Assembly: GCA_965263355.1 (NCBI GenBank)
Contig: CBDHHL010000056.1
Location: 1,344,001-1,408,000, forward strand
DNA length: 64,000 nucleotides
Source: Leptolyngbyaceae cyanobacterium
GTDB lineage: Bacteria > Cyanobacteriota > Cyanobacteriia > Phormidesmidales > Phormidesmidaceae
Direction of reading: 5' to 3'
The notes below the pieces were generated by a model, which was not told the origin of the DNA, ran no database searches, and worked only from the letters and a program-made list of their open reading frames with translations. Made by a program: the position numbers and the translations under genes. Of this stretch, positions 62,826 to 64,000 are shown one piece after another (the stretch's first letter is position 1; each line of letters starts with the position of its first letter).

Positions 62826-62857
62826 CTCCTCCAGACTACACCCCTAGGCTGGAGGAG
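62826..62857. other. Intergenic hairpin
   Basis: CTCCTCCAG..CTGGAGGAG followed closely by an A-run. Confidence 0.5.
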
Positions 62858-62997
62858 CCTAAAAACTTACAAATAAGTAGCTTGCGTACAGTGATTGGTA
62901 TTGTGTTACTCATTTATTTGTTCAGCCAGTAATTTTTCGGGAGAAATCCTCCCAAAAGACGAGTACTATTAGGCTCATATCATTACAGGCAGCAATT

Positions 62998-63873
62998 GTG
63001 TTCACGATGAAACAGTTCTCATTGGCTAGCGGTTTAACTCTATGCGGCCTGATGGTAACCTCTGTAGCTCAGGCAAGTACCTTTCACCAAGGATGGAACT
63101 ATAGTATCGATGCCTTTGACGATGCGTCTGGTGGTGATGCTTACCAGATTAGGGGGTTAGCCACAAAGGAAACTGACAATCATATTTACATTTCTATCAG
63201 TGGCGAAAGTCCGCTCACGGGCATTGACGCCCCCGATGCCGAGGATGGCAATATCGGCTGGGGTGATCTTCTCTTCAATTTCACAGATGACAATATTAAT
63301 AAGACCAACGGCACTCTATATGGCATCCGCTTTGCTGAAACCAATGATTCTGGGGTTTCTCAAATTGGTGTTTTTAGCAATGTAACCGCTCAATCCGTCG
63401 CTGAGAGTAATTCAGGGTTTGATCACCTGCAACATTACTACCAATCTGGCTGGGAGCGACCCAATACCATGGGAGACCTGGCGACAGTTCAGGAAGCCTA
63501 TGACTACATCGGTAAAACCGATCCGGTGTTGACCTCCATCACAGATGGGACCTTTTTAGGAGATATTGAATTTCTATCCGATCAGGATGCCAGTGCCGTA
63601 GGGTTAGATTTTGAGCATTTCAATGCAACTGGCAGCGAAATCCATACCTTTCGATTAGAACGCACACTACTACCAGGAGGAGACTTTCTGGCTACACTAT
63701 TCTTCGAATGTGTCAACGACGGCATTGGTCTACTGAGTAGCTTCACCTCCCAGAGTATTGTCACTCAGGATACTCAAGATGTGCCTGAACCATCTGCTGT
63801 AGTAAGTTTAATCGCAATTGGTTTCTTAATTAGCCGCAAAGTCTCTTCATCAAAACAAGACCACTATCGTTAA
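62998..63873 (+). CDS. PEP-CTERM surface protein (XDD3-like domain)
   Basis: Signal peptide (AQA), GWNYSIDAF, NIGWGDLLFNF, ECVNDG, C-terminal VPEPS with TM segment and basic tail. Confidence 0.88.
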   Translation: MFTMKQFSLASGLTLCGLMVTSVAQASTFHQGWNYSIDAFDDASGGDAYQIRGLATKETDNHIYISISGESPLTGIDAPDAEDGNIGWGDLLFNFTDDNINKTNGTLYGIRFAETNDSGVSQIGVFSNVTAQSVAESNSGFDHLQHYYQSGWERPNTMGDLATVQEAYDYIGKTDPVLTSITDGTFLGDIEFLSDQDASAVGLDFEHFNATGSEIHTFRLERTLLPGGDFLATLFFECVNDGIGLLSSFTSQSIVTQDTQDVPEPSAVVSLIAIGFLISRKVSSSKQDHYR

Positions 63874-64000
63874 TCTTGTCTAGCGATCGCGAATTAACGA
63901 CAAAAAGACATCGGTCAAATCAGCCCGATCCTGACGAATCTCTTTAATGGGTAAAGGACGCAGAATATCCAGCATCTGATACAGGGCATCACCGGAAAAA

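Larger units (their letters stand above)
5478..63890. repeat. HIP1 octamer GCGATCGC, dispersed (about 20 copies)
   Basis: Examples at 5478, 5913, 10187, 12302, 15208, 17771, 24007, 27474 and 63883; about one copy is expected by chance in 64 kb. Confidence 0.9.

Overview
This is a cyanobacterial chromosomal window: about 20 HIP1 GCGATCGC octamers plus psbEFLJ, ndhCKJ, rubA and ycf48. In order it holds a methyltransferase, an S4-domain protein, a sulfotransferase and a LuxR regulator; a nitrogen-scavenging block (ureEFG, NtcA-driven urtABCDE, purU, hpxO-uraH-uraD); an iron block (fur, futA, a truncated piuC fused tail-to-tail to a Uma2 pseudogene); a secreted tandem-repeat protein flanked by sRNA-like structures; photosynthesis and respiration core genes; a c-di-GMP enzyme; housekeeping genes (rpsN, nth, rseP, serS, nfuA, mnmG); a FIST/histidine kinase pair; a stand-alone NRPS-like A-T-R enzyme; ung; sdhCA without sdhB; and two PEP-CTERM proteins. 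The most notable signals are (1) the A-T-R enzyme, whose specificity code reads as proline, (2) the secreted higher-order repeat protein, (3) a UrtD-TerB-like fusion, and (4) a small MITE present twice, once with an 8-bp target duplication and once carrying an 8x16-bp tandem expansion. I saw no rRNA, tRNA, CRISPR array or transposase. All family assignments come from motif recognition by eye, not from database searches.
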